DNA from: the human T2T-CHM13v2.0 reference genome, Homo sapiens
NCBI RefSeq assembly: GCF_009914755.1
Contig: NC_060927.1
Length of the DNA: 64,000 nt
Strand: one strand, 5' to 3'
The notes under the pieces are model-generated. The model was given only the letters and a program-made list of their open reading frames with translations. It was not told the origin of the DNA and did not search any database. Shown piece after piece: positions 15,076-28,923 of the stretch. The first letter of the stretch is position 1. Every line of letters begins with the position of its first letter. The translations under genes were made by a program, and so were the position numbers.

Positions 15076-15909
15076 CTATTCCAAGATATGTGTTTTAAAA
15101 AAACTGTGTCCTTTCTGAGTAGAATGCAAATGTTCAAAAATAAAACTGGTGAGTTATTAAAGCATTAAGACATTTGCCCTTTATCTGAATAATCCCTGGC
15201 TTGTCCTTTGCTGAAACTTTGAGCAGCATGATGTTGGAATTCCTTTATGATAACCAAGTGGAGATTCCTGACACCGTAAAGGTATGATCATGTGCTTGGT
15301 GCTGAATAAAGTTTGTGAGCACAGCCAAGGCCCAAATGCTTCTCAGATCTGTGTGCACTACCATATTCAGTAAGTAGGCTGGGAAAATCCATGAAGCTAT
15401 TTCCAAAATCAAACTGTTTTGCCAAGCTTGCTTTCTCTCCTCTTAATTGTGAACCCAGGGTTATTTGGACGGAAAGTTGATCTATGCCTCTGTTTCATTT
15501 ACTCATTACTCATTAAACTGCTATTTAATTCTAGGTATATGAGTTGTCAGAGCTTTCTCTAAAGCTCCTCTAAACCAAAATTTAGATTTTGGATTGAGGC
15601 AGTGTTCACTGAGGCCAGTTTGGCTCACATCTAAAGTGAGCCCGAGCTTAAAATGAGCTGGGGCTTGAGGGATCTCCAGGTCAGGCCGAGCAAGTTAAGG
15701 TGACACAGGCTGTTTCAGGGGTCAGAGCCCATTCCTCTGTTTTGAGATTCACCCTCTGTGTTCTCCCAAAGAATTGCAATATGGAGCTATTCGAGAAAGA
15801 GTCAAATAAACATCTTGTATAATGAGGAATGATTTCACTTTCCTTCCTACTTAGGTATTTATGTCACTTATGGAGTGATTCCTGGATTACACTTTCCTGG
15901 CTGGAGTGT

Positions 15910-16085
15910 ACTAGGGTAGTTAGGAACACAGGCCCTGGAGCCAGAGGACCCGGTTTCAAATGCTTGCTTTGCCACTTAGCAGCTGTGCCATCTGAGACAG
16001 CTTGCATAACCCTTCTGTGCTTTTTATCACATATAAAAGGGGGATAATGATAGATACTGCCTGGCTTGCTTGTTGTCAGGGTAAC
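15910..16085 (+). mobile_element. MIR
   Basis: ctggagccagaggacccggtttcaaat...gccacttagcagctgtg...taaaagggggataatgatag. Confidence 0.7.
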
Positions 16086-18204
16086 TGGTGCGGTGTCCTC
16101 TCCTAGGGACCTGCCTTCTCCCCTCTCATCTGCTGGTGCTGTGGCAGCCAAAGTAGGGTTGCCTGCTGCTATTGCAAAGCAACAGTCTAACACGTACATA
16201 CTGTTTAGCATCCATGTGAAAAGGAAAAGGTTCCCATGAGCCAAGCTGGTGAAGTAAGTGTGCAGAGAAGACTGAGTATAACACAATGGGGGTAAGGGTA
16301 TATGTGACCTATATGTAGCATGCATGTGTCATCTAAAGGTATTTGTTTCACAAACTTTAAAAACAGCTAGGGCCAAATGAAACTCTACAGGTGCACCTTC
16401 TAGGTGCTCGGAATTCCTGATGCCTGATTATGCCATTCACACCTTTTCCTGTACTCCAGAACTTCAACAGCTAGAATAGCAGCAGAACACATCTCAATCT
16501 CTCTATACCTAGAGCCCACCTTCCAAGTTCATTGTCACTCGCACCTCTGGAGCCTGATCATGCTTGAGCCTGAGCCCCTAGTGACTCACTGAGCTGGTGC
16601 TGTCACTGTGTGCCCTCCTACAGTCCACCATCCAGAAGGGGCTTTTCTTTCTTGGCCATGCTCAGGGCTGTCACTATTGCTAGGCAGTGTCAGTCAAGGT
16701 GAAAAGGATTGTGGAGTTTCAGGTTGAGTTTGCCCTGAAAAGCACCATCTCCACAGTCAGAAATTCTCACTTCTGTGGTGTCTCCTGCTGTGCACTATTA
16801 ACCAGCCCATTGGCCTATCGGTACTTCATTTCCCTGTCTGATTTTGGCACCTTCTTTGTATTTTTTTTTTTTAACTTTCTGTTATGGGTAGTCTATGGAT
16901 GTTCCTCCAAGAAGAGTTTCTTTCTCTGAGCTCTGCTCACTCAGCAGAATGCCTCCACATGACAGATGCCTGGGAAACATGTCCTAATCAATTGATTCCA
17001 TCTTAGGTCCATCACCAGGAATTTGCTAACATCCGTGTGCATATGACATTATATGAGGACTGATACAGATGTGGGTTACACCCATTTATTATTATTTCTC
17101 AATGTTCAGTAGGAATATAAAGGGTTCCCAGAGGGTGTAAGAACCACCTTAGACCCTGAGAAACAAGGGCAGATGTATTCAGAGCAGATGCAAAGACAGA
17201 AATATGGAGGGAAAATAACAAGGAAGAGAAATGCAAGCTAAGTTCATATGTGATTAGACATTTTCCATTTTTAGCCTCATGGCTTACATTTGCATAATTC
17301 TTTTAAAAAGAAAAATTAATTATTTATGACTCTAGCTTTTAACCAAACCGTGCATTTAAAGTAATCACTCTGGGTAATTTAAATAAAATCTTTTCTGTAA
17401 ATAGTTTATGCTCATTAGAATGAGAAAACTGTTGGTTTATTCAATTAAAAGGACATTATTGCCAGTTTGGATTCTCTCTCTTTTTTTCCACTTCAAAACA
17501 GAGGGCAGTCACATTGAGACAGATGGGACTTAATTAAGTTGTCTCAAAAGTAACCAGATTTTGCTTTAAAAAAAAATTTAAAGAGGACAGATTCCAGAAG
17601 ACTTTTCAAAAACCAGATCACCATTTTAGAGTTCTGAAGTTTTTACCCTTTACTCTGATGGATAGTCAGTACAAACATAAGTTTGTTTCCTGGCAAGCAT
17701 GTAGGACTTTTCACATGAGCCCAGCAGCAATCAGAGAAGATGGTTCTAAACAAAGCTCTGCCCTACTGTGATCTGTAAAGAATGCAAAAACAATGAACCT
17801 GCTTGGTGCTTCTGAATGTAGGTAACACCATTCACTATGGTAAAGAGGCTTTTCCAAAGAAGCCATCTGTATTTTCAGGATATTATTATCTTTTGTTTAC
17901 TGGTTAGTTCCCTGAATATCCATGGTTCGTGACAGCTCCTGGAGAGTGTGACACCTGAGTGTTTTCCCAGAACATGGCAGGTGTGTAGCTCTGCACTGAA
18001 GGGTGAGCAGGCAACTGATGCCTGAGGTCTATGTTTGGCCCTCCTTTGCTGTAACATGAACAGTGTTACAGTAATTCTGATTGAATTGGGATCAGGGAGC
18101 CCTCTCACTCAGTCCCTTTGGTTCACCTGTGGCATGCAGAATTTTGGGACTCCATAGAGCAGAGTTCATGAACCACTGGAATAGATAACTTATAATATGT
18201 TGAC

Positions 18205-18790
18205 ATAGTGAATCAGGCTTCTTTGGCTGTGACAGAATTCCAGGTTGGCCAGACTTGTGTGATTAAGGAAAATCAATTGAATCATAAAACTGAAATGTCA
18301 AAGTATAGCACTACCTTCAGGTGTGGCTAGCTCTAGGTGGCCAAATGCTGTCAGGAATCTGCCTCTTGCCATCTCTTGGCTCTGTTTTCCTCTGTGTGGT
18401 TTTATTTTCAGATGAGGCTTTTTCCCCTGTGTGCAGTCAAGATCGTCATCAGCAGCTCCAGATTTTTATCCTACCAGTATAGCCCTCTGCCCTCAGAAGA
18501 AAGAAATCCGTTTCCTCATGGTTCCAGCTAAAGCCCTGGTGCCCACACTCAGGGATTTTACCACCTGCTTATCTCTAACTGAACCAGTCATGTGGTCAGC
18601 AAGATGGAGAGTTCTGATTGGCCAGGCAGGAGTCGCGTGTCTACCCTTGGATTTAAGGGAAGGTGGAGTCAGCTCCTTCCAACTGCAAAATCTGAGAGTA
18701 GGGGCTGGGTTTTACCTCAAAGGCAAATCAAAATGCTGTTGCCAAAAGGAGGGACAGATTCAGTGCAGGCAAAAAACTGCTGTTTTCTAC
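18205..18790. mobile_element. Old MaLR LTR (MLT1J/K-like)
   Basis: gaatcaggcttctttggctgtgacaga start and tctgattggccaggc motif typical of old MLT1 LTRs. Heavily diverged. Confidence 0.5.
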
Positions 18791-19559
18791 AGACTCCTTT
18801 TAGATAGAACAGCCTATGAGCCTAAGCAAAACCTGTTACTTTTCTTCTACATCCATGGAGATTTTGTTTATGTCCAGTGATGGGAGACTTATACCTCTGA
18901 AGAAAAGAAACTGATGTTTGTATAAAGAGGAAAAGGACTGGGGAGTGAGGGAGAGTAGAGGAGATGACAGAAAATAGAAAATGCCAACCCATCTCAACCA
19001 TCCAAAGTTCAGTCATCTTTCTAGGAAGGAAGTGAATAAATTATATTTTTTCCTGTCGTCGTAAATACTTGTTGGTTTACCACCCGATATCTCCTGTGAG
19101 AAGTGAAGTGAGAGCCAAGACTGTAACAGGTTTTATCCCTTTACTTCCTGTGCTCTGTGCAACTGTTTGGCAAGGGTTTTTTAAGCTCTTGTTTCAACCA
19201 ACTTCTGTCTAAATGCCCAGAATTCGTGGCTGTTTGAGCTACTTAAGCTTTTCAAATGTAGGCAATGGGGATATATCTGTGCGAGAGGTTTAATAATGAG
19301 ATGGTTTGGCCTGTGTGGCCTCAGCATACCAAATCTTCATCTCAAATGTCTTTCAGAGAGAGACAGAGTAACGGGGTCAGGTTAGAGCAGCAACCACTCT
19401 TGGTGATGATGGGGCAAAAGCCTCTTACAGCCCTCGCCTAGAACTCTAATGGATGAGGCCATCCCCCACGTAACTCCCTTTGTCTAGGTCAGTGTAGTGC
19501 AGTGGCTTTGTAGAGAAAGCTGGGTTGTATTTGTTTGTCGGGTTTTAATAATGCTGATG

Positions 19560-21440
19560 TAATAAAATGAGTTGGGATGTATTTCCTTCTTTATTTTCTA
19601 AAACATGTTTTTGTTAGATTGCTGTATTTCTTCTTGAATGTTTGTTAGAATTCATTAATGAAACTATTTGAGCCTGGAGCTTTCTTTGTGGGGAAGTTCC
19701 TCATTCCAAATTCATTTTCTTTTGTAGATATAGGGCTATTTAGATTTTTTATTTCTTAATATCAATTTTTCTCATTTGTGTTACAAGGAGTTTGTTCATT
19801 TCATCTAAGTTATTGATTTATTGGCATAAAGATGTTCATAATATTCTCTTAGATTTCTTTTAATGTCTTCAAGATCTATGGTGATAACTCCTCTTTCCTT
19901 GATATATAAGAGCAAATTTTATATATAATGATCACACATATATACATGCATGTATCTATATATTATGTTTTTATTCTTTTTCTACATCATTTTGAATTGA
20001 ATGTTTTAACTTCCATTTTATCTCCACTTCTGACCCAATAATAGCTACACCTCTTAGTTGTTTCTTTTGAGTGATTGTTAATTATTTGTGCCTTTAACTT
20101 CTCACAGTCTACCTTACTTATAGTGGAAGAAACTTACAACAGTATACCTGCAATGCCCCCCTTTCACACTATACGCTATTATTAAGATACTTTTTACTTC
20201 CACATATGTTATAAACCTCACAATACATTGTTTTTATTTTGCTTCAAATAGTTAATAAAGTGAGGAAGAAATCTTATAGTTACCCACATGTTTTTCATTT
20301 CTGGTGCTATTTATTCTTTTGGATATACTCAAGCTTCCAATTGGAATAATTTTTCTTCAGTCTGAAGAATTTCCTTTAATTTTTCCTATAGTTCACCTCT
20401 GCTGGCAGTGAGTTCTCTCAGATATATTTTTTTTTTTTTTGGTATGAAAGCATTTCTACTTTGCCTTCTTTTAGAGTGTTATTTTCACTAGATACAGAAT
20501 TCTAGTTTACAGTTGTTTTCTTATAATACTTGAAAGTGGCTGCTCTAGGGTCATTTGGCTTGTATTCTTTTTGACGGGAAGTCACTGATAATTCTTACTC
20601 GTCATCCCCTAAACCTATGTGCCTTTATTTTATTAGCTGCTTAAGATTTTGTTGTTATGATATGTTTTCAGCAGTATTACACAGTGCCTTGGTATTGTTT
20701 TCTTTTTGTTTATTTTTCTTGAGGTTCATTAACCTTCTTGGATTGGTGGGTTTATAATTTTTATCAAACTAAAGATATTTAGTCATTATTTCTTCAGATA
20801 TTTTATTTGTTCTGCACTGCTCCAAAACCATCCTGGACTTTTAACTGCACATTTATTCATCTACTTGATATTATCCTACTGGTTACTGAAGTTATTTTTC
20901 AACTTTTTTTTCTCTGTGTGCTTCATTTCTTATTGTTTCTATTGCTGTGTCTTCAGGCCGATTACTTCTTCTGCCATGTCTCATCCTTTGTTAGACCCAT
21001 ACAGTCACTTTTAAAAAATTTTAAGTATTGTATTTTTAAACTTTAGGAGTTCCATTTGGTTTTGGTTTTTATTGGTTTTTGATTTGGCTTTTAATTTTTA
21101 TTTATCCCTTTATTGTGTTCATGTTTTCTTTTAAGTCTTTTATTAAATTTTAGCAGCTAATTTAAAGTCTGTGTTTGTGAATTTTATCATTTCTGTGTAT
21201 ATGTTACCTATTGATTGTTTTACCACTTATGAGTCACATTTTCCCATTTATATAGTAATTTTTGAACAGATAATGAGCATAATGACATTGTGATGGTGGG
21301 CATTATGTTTCTGAGTGTCTGGATTTTGTCTATTTTAAAGGAATGTTGAGTTTTGTTCTGGCAGTCAGTTAACTTACCTATATATCACCTTGGCCCTTAA
21401 AAAGCTTGTTTCTAAGTCTTGATTAGGTGGGTATGGCATA
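19560..21440 (-). mobile_element. Old L1M fragments (antisense)
   Basis: T-rich antisense L1 sequence: ataaaatgagttggga, ttagaattcattaatgaaactatttgagcctgg, gatacagaattctagtt and cattatttcttcagata. Confidence 0.72.
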
Positions 21441-22069
21441 TCTTTCACTCTAAGGCAACCATTTTGTTGCTCAATTATTGAGAATCCAATTGGCATTTGG
21501 ATTTCTCTAGTTTTTAAATGTGAACTTCAGAAGCAAATCTGCCTCTTTGAGGTTTGGGCCCAAGAGCCACTGATAAGACCTGACTTTCTATACTAAGAGA
21601 AAAAACTCCCATTGAATTGTAAACACCAGTAGGAAATACCGATATTTGTTAAGAGTTACTCTATTTCATGATTTAATTGTAAATTAATCAACGGCAGGAA
21701 AAATTCCACTGAAAATACACATAGATTTCAAAATCATAGGAACATGTGTTTGGCAAAGTGTGCTTGAAGATTGCCAAACCCCAGACTTGGGGGCTGGGGA
21801 ACAAAATGTAGTTTGAGAGAATCAGCAATCCCAGCATATTAACAGACCTCCCTTTCACATAGGACCAAAATAAGCCTGAAGTGGTATGGTAGTCAGTGTG
21901 TCAGCAGGCTTGAGTGGAGAACAGAGCTCTTTGCTAGTCTACAAGGAGACCACTTCATTTTTATTTTTACCTTGTATTCCCTTCATTATCCATTAACAGA
22001 GTACTTTAAGTTTTTAGGGAAAGAGCAGCCAGACTATTTGACTTGATTATACTATCAGATCAAAAAACA

Positions 22070-22230
22070 GGCTTTGGAGTCAGTCTCAGTGTCCTCATTT
22101 GCAGAGTGAAGATGATTGTACTTGAACCCTAGAGTTCTCAGGGGGCTTTCTGTGAGCATGCATAGATCCCTTAGCACCTGGCCTGCCTTGGAGTAAGCAC
22201 TCAGCTTGTGTGAGTTCTCATTGTTAGCCA
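22070..22230 (+). mobile_element. MIR
   Basis: ggctttggagtcagtctcagtgtcctcatttgc...cttagcacctggcctgcc...gtaagcactca. Confidence 0.55.
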
Positions 22231-24073
22231 CTGGATCCAGTCTTGACTTTGAGAAGTGCTTATGTGCACAAAGAGAACTAATATCAGGCAACACATGGCT
22301 TTGGTAGTTCTTTCTCTGGCCCAGTGAACATAATATATATTTACCAATGGGCCAAGGTAAAAACAATATGTAAGAGAATGAAATGTTCATAAATTTTCCC
22401 AAGAAAAGAACTTCACTTAGACTAGAATCACAGCATTCTTCACAGACTAAAATTATAGAGCTGAAAGTTCCCTGAAGGATTCTCTAATCAGGAGCATCTC
22501 ACAGAGGACTGTCTGTCTCCCACAGCTCACACCTCTACTCTGGACTGGCCATTTACTGTGTTCACTTCCGTGAGACACAGACTTCATGGATAAAAGAGCT
22601 ACATAGTCACTTACTTTTATTTAATAGCTTATTACGTTTTTCATAGGAGTAAGGAAATGGAAGGACAAAATTGAACCTTTCAGTTTACATAGAGATAGGG
22701 CTGCCACAGAGCTCCGTGTGAAGGCATCATTTCATCAGCTGTATCAGCTGTTTTCAAGAGCAACAGGGAACCCATTCTTCTGGAGATGCTTCTCCAGAGC
22801 TGTCTTCTGAATTATACCCCTAAGCCACTTAGTTAGAGCAGACAGCTTTTTAACATGGGATTCTTTAAGATCATCTTTCAAGTGACCCTAGAAGATGGAC
22901 TGTTGTCATCAGACCACTTGTGATTTGCTAAATGATGCTCTCTGTCTTGAAGGCAGCCATTGGTAAATTTACACTGGAACAAGCTAAAGTGACATTGTGT
23001 CTTTTGTTTCTAGGGTAAGTTCTAGATCAACAAGAGACACAGGGTTGTCTTTCTTCCCCTGGCTGATGATATACTGAGACAGTGTTTCCCAGGAATGTAT
23101 CTCTCTTTGTTCAGGAATGTTCTAACAGTAACCATGCAGCCAAGGAGACAGAAGAACACAATGATGAACCTGGCATTTGCCCTTGCTGTGGCCACCTCCT
23201 ATTGTACAATTTCAGTAGGTGGTAGAAGCCCGTGTCACTGTGATTAACTATCTTTAGGGAGGCCTCTCTACACAAAGCCACTATTTTGAGAGGCTTACGA
23301 TTCAGCCATAAAAATCTGAGGACAGCATTTAAAGTTGTGGAAGATACGACAGTATCATATGGTATCATACGGTTTTTTTGGTCTCCCCACCACCCCCATT
23401 TTTGAGCCATTTCACTTTTGCAAGTTCTTTTTGAACTTTTTTAACTTGAGACATAGCAAAGCACAAAACATGATAAAAATATTTAAAGCACCTTACTGAT
23501 TGTGTGACTTCTTGAGTTTGTAATGTCCTCTAAAGATGAGTTCCAGAGCTTTTGCACACCTTTTTGTCATTCTCTCAGTGACTCCCTTAAGAAAAAAGAC
23601 TTTTATAAACCTTATGATAGCTATGTGATGTTCACCTTAGAGCTCTTACATCTAAAAACCTGTTTGCAAACTAAACCATTGCTATGCAAATGTAAAGCTC
23701 CATTATTGTTAAGTAAAAATAAGTAAGCCAAATAAGGAAGCAAATATAGACTCCAGGGAGTTGCTTGAGAAATCTGGAAGATCTGCTTTGTAATATTATA
23801 TTTCATCCTAGAAGGTCCCACACCTTTGATAGGTGCCCCTCTCCAACTTTGAAAATCCCGTGAAAAGTGTGACACTTAAAATATTACTCACTTCAGCTAC
23901 TGTATTATAAAGTTATCAAATATTATCTGTCTTAGAAAATTCATAGCTTTGCTGCTTTTTGATCATTAAACTTCTCAAACTTTGTAATTCTTCATTATGG
24001 CTACCAAGAATGTTAAAGCTATTTTACCCCAATGTCTTTACATAGTGTCATTTTCTATGAAAAGAATGGACCA

Positions 24074-24360
24074 GGCTGGGCATGGTGGCCCACACCTGTA
24101 ATCCCAGCACTTTGGGAGGCTGAGGCAGGTGGATCGCGAGGTTGGGAGATTGAGACCACCCTGGCCAACATGGTGAAACCCCATCTGTACTAAAAATACC
24201 AAAAAAAATAGCCAGGCGCGTTGGCATGTACCTGTAGTCCCAGCTACTCAGGAGGCTGAGGCAGGAGAATTGCTTGAACCCGAGAGGCAGAGGTTACAGT
24301 GAGCCAAGATCATGCCACTGCACTCCAGCCTGGGTGACAGAGCGAGACTCCATCTCAAAA
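24074..24360 (+). mobile_element. AluSc-like
   Basis: ggatcgcgagg...gagattgagacca diagnostics. Perfect 14-bp TSD aaaagaatggacca at 24060-24073 and 24361-24374. Confidence 0.93.
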
Positions 24361-24956
24361 AAAAGAATGGACCAGAGTTTAGTAAGAAGAATGTCACCTC
24401 TTCCACTACAGCATGTGTTTCTATAATGTGAATTAGCTCCCACGTAATTGGTAAATAGAGAATGATGTTACTATAAGACAGAATCTCACTGCGTCATAGG
24501 GCATTTTTCCTGGACTGCTAGAGTTTTGCACCACTGAGGAAGCAACAGGTGATAGCAGAGTATACCAACCCACTAGCGAGCAGCAGCCTGCAGAGGGGCA
24601 CATTTCAGCACACAAGAGTTTTTCACTTAAATCTTTTACTCTGGGCTCCAGCTGGTCACATGTTCTGTCTTGGGACATGTTCCCTGTTTGTTTCACCCCA
24701 GACCTGAGCCTTTTGCCCTTGCTCCATTACTCAGCTGCCTGAACTCTTCCTTAAACTTCCTGCCTTCAAGTTATTGACTCCTTCTTTAAAAAATGATAGA
24801 GTAATTTATTTTTTTAATCAAAACATGTCATTTTAATTGTGCTAATAGTTTATGAAAGTGGTGATTGTTTTTGTTTGGTGTTCTGGTTACCAAGTTTCTA
24901 AGAGTTTGAGCTGTCTGTTCTAATCCTATTTTTCCCATACATTCTGTTATTTTTAG

Positions 24957-24974
24957 TGTGCAATTTTACAGAAG
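24957..24974 (+). other. Candidate 18-nt microexon (alternative 3-nt AAG form at 24972-24974)
   Basis: Branch-like ttctaat (A at 24923), about 45 nt without an AG, ttatttttag acceptor, exon TGTGCAATTTTACAGAAG, donor gtgagg. Unique sequence. Confidence 0.4.
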
Positions 24975-26807
24975 GTGAGGTTTCTCACTGATATATATCA
25001 TAACATAGCAGAAATGCCTGGAGTTGTACTTATTTCAGGCTAATAGTTGTTTTTATATTATAGACCAGGTCTGTGGCTAAAAAATATGGCACCAGCATAG
25101 TGCCTCTTGCTTTCTGAATGTGTAGATTGCATATTTATTTGATTCTGCCACCTCTGATATTTTTTGCTATGACAAAAACTGTTTATATACTCTTCCCACT
25201 GCAGACATGGAGGATGACTGAAGATTTTGTTCACTTTCCAATGAACAAAGTGTATGTGTTGGGGGAAGTTCTTTCTGTTTGTCATTCTTGGGGGCCCGGT
25301 ATTTCTAGTTAAGTTACTATACAGATTTCTTTGTGGTTCAGCAGTTTGTCAGCTCTCTGCAGGTTCTCTCTTGAAGACATCTGTTGAGTGCAGTAATGGC
25401 TTCATTGCAGACTCTTGAGTTTTCACTAATTTTCTTCTGAAGGATTTTAATGCTGCCTTTTGTAGGGAATATGAAGACCCTTTCATCTTTTTGGAGAGTT
25501 TCAAGTTCTTTGGCTCCCATCTCCCCTGGTGAGGTTTTCCTTGGAGGACCATTCTGGCCATTATTGACTCTCTGGGTTCTCCATGTCTATAACCTGCCAA
25601 ACAGGCTGTCTGCCTCACACAGCAAGTCCCATGTCTGTCCCAGGTGGCTGCAGAGCCAGGTTGACAGGAGGCTGAAAGGAAGTATCAGTACCTTCCTCTA
25701 CTGTGTCCCCATTGGTACTTCTCTTCCTCTGTCCCTTTCCTCCCCTAACTTTCTCGGCATAGTGTTTCCTTATATAGACCTACCTTGGCTCCAAGCTCAC
25801 AATCTCAGAGGAATTACATGACATGCATAAATTATGAAACATTTTTTTGCAAATTAAGTTTTAATTAAAACCAGCAGCTTAGAGCATCCAACTGGAAGCA
25901 GTCACAATGTTGAAAAGTGACACTGGTAGGGTGGGAGTTCAGGAGAAGGTCTGAGTGGCTTTGCATCCTGTTTGGATATTTCCAAAATGAATGCTGCAGA
26001 AAAGAGCTTCCTTCCATATCAGACCCTCCTTAATCTACACTGCCGCCTTCGATGAATCCCTTTATGTCGTTAGACCCTGGACTGCCATGGGGACCAATAT
26101 AATTTTCAAGCAGGAAATACAAATGCATCCTTATTGTAGTTTTATCTGGACTTTGCCAAATTTCCATCTGGTTCTACCAGTCTGCATTCTCACAGAGAAC
26201 TGGCAGAACCTCCAGCTCCCCCACATTACCAAAACTCCAATTCAGATCACTTTTCAGCCGGATGATCACCCACAATAAGGCTGAAGAATGGCAATTTTAA
26301 TTGGAACCTTATTTTTCAGATACAATGCAGAGTGAAAGCTTGATGAGAAATGACTTCTAATTGTGAGAATTTTCAGGACATTATAATGAGCAAAATGTGG
26401 GGGGCCTTCCCTCCACTGATACTCCTTAGCTATATGTAATATGAGACTTGTTCTGGTCTGCCCATTAATAATGCACATTTTTCAGCATCTCAAAGAATGT
26501 CTGCCATCAAATGAGTAATTTATGCAGGCTTGCCTTTCATCTAGGCAGGGCTGTACTACTAGAACAAAAACTCCAGATCTTTTCATTCAAAATTAAGTTT
26601 GAAAATATGACCTTCAGTGACCAGTCCACATTGCTGCTAACTAATCTGGTGTGGTGGACGGTGTGGTGCTCTTTGTAGACCTGTAGCAGAGCTAGCCACT
26701 TGGCCATTCAGGAATTTTGAAGTTTAATATTCTCTATGCCTTTAACTCATTCAGACCCTGGGAAAGGCTTATCCAGATAATCTGTATTTTAAAATTACTG
26801 GAATATC

Positions 26808-27190
<383 letters not shown>

Positions 27191-28923
27191 TAACTTGGGA
27201 CAACTTTTCTTGAGAGTATTTGGACTGAAATGTGCAATACCCTTTAACCAGTAATTCACCTTCTTGAAAAGTTGAGAGGGTGCCTAACAATTTGACTACA
27301 AGGATGTCCATTACCGTGTCATTCATGTTAGTGACAGCCTAGATCTCTAATAATAAGAAATTTAATAAGTAACTTATTACATATTCAAATAATTTAAATA
27401 TCATAAAGTGATTTAACATGAAGTTAATTGAGATCAGCGGTGGATATTAGCATCATAGGGAGCTTTAAATGTCTTTTTTTGGCCTATCTTTTATATCTAA
27501 TTTTCTACAAAAAACCGGCATTACTTGTGTGATTTTTAAAAAGAAACACTTAGGAAAGTATATGTGTTGCCAAGAAGGGTCTTTCTGTTCATCTTTTCCT
27601 TGCTTTTAAACATACCATTGGAAGAAAAAAAAAATTGAAGTCCCATCCATACCCCAAACTAGAGATTGAGAAATCACTATTAAATTATGTATGTCCTGGT
27701 AAGATAATACCCAATTTCATAAAAGCAAGAAAATTTGGAATACATAGATACCATTTTACCCATAAGTCTTTCCAACAAAATTGGAAGGACTTACTGATAT
27801 GCAGCAAAAATTAGAATGAGGACATGACTAGTTTTAAAGTAGTAAAGTCAGCTATGTTTGTTTGCTTTTATTGACCCTGTTTTTATCTTATCTTACCCCC
27901 TGCAGGGTTATCTCTCTACCTGTGTTCCTACTCTTTCCTCCTCCTCCTCTTTCAACATCACCATAATAGCAAGGGGTTAGCTGAAGCCATGCAACTGGGA
28001 GAGGTCACTCAATTAGGGATTATGGAGTGAGCAACAGGGTGCCCACATTTAAAGAGCTAGAGAAGGAAGGTGGAGTGAAGGAAGTAGCAGACTGGCACTC
28101 ATGGGAAAGCTGGGGTAGGGAGGGGAGAAGATTCCAAGGAGAAGGATATTCAGAGAGATACCTTTTGTGTCCCTGACCTATCCAATATTATTATAAAAAC
28201 CAGAATAGCTTCCAGACTTTGGAGAAATATGATGTCCCATGTGTTTGTAAGGAAATTTCATGCATAGCATTGGAAATCTTTTGAGGAAATTACTCCTGAG
28301 TATTTTTGAAGCTGAGCAAAGAGTTACAGAAATATTTTGTTGAATCCCTTTATTTGTACAAATAAAATCTAGTTGTGATCTGCCATGGTGTGTACCTAAG
28401 AGATACCCAGCTGCAAGTTTCTATGAAAATAGTAGTCCTCTGGGGGCAGGGCACAGACAAACAAAAAGACAGCAGTAACCTCTGCAGACTTAAATGTCCC
28501 TGTCTGACAGCTTTGAAGAGAGCAATGGTTCTCCCAGCATGCAGCTGGAGATGTGAGAATGGGCAGACTGCCTCCTCAAGTGGGTCCCTGACCCCTGACC
28601 CCCAAGCAGCCTAACTGGGAGGCACCCCCCCAGTAGGGGCAGACTGACATCTCACACGGCCGGGTACTCCTCTGAGACAAAACTTCCAGAGGAACGATCA
28701 GACAGCAGCATTCGCGATTCACGAAAGTCCGCTGTTCTGCAGCCACCACTGCTGTTACCCAGTCAAACAGGGTCTGAAGTGGACCTCTAGCAAACTTCAA
28801 CAGACATGCAGCTGAGGGTCCTGTCTGGTAGAAGGAAAACTAACAAACAGAAAGGACATCCACACCAAAAACCCATCTGTACGTCACCATCATCAAAGAC
28901 CAAAAGTAGATAAAACCACAAAG

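Noticed and set aside
15228-15287. ATG-initiated 18-codon frame ending at AAG|gtatga (MMLEFLYDNQVEIPDTVK)
   Set aside because: No convincing acceptor or promoter, and the peptide is not recognised; expected by chance in 64 kb.
22995-23020. tcttttgtttctag-g-gtaagt, resembling a recursive splice site
   Set aside because: An extra G separates the AG from GTAAGT, so it is not the canonical AG|GT junction.
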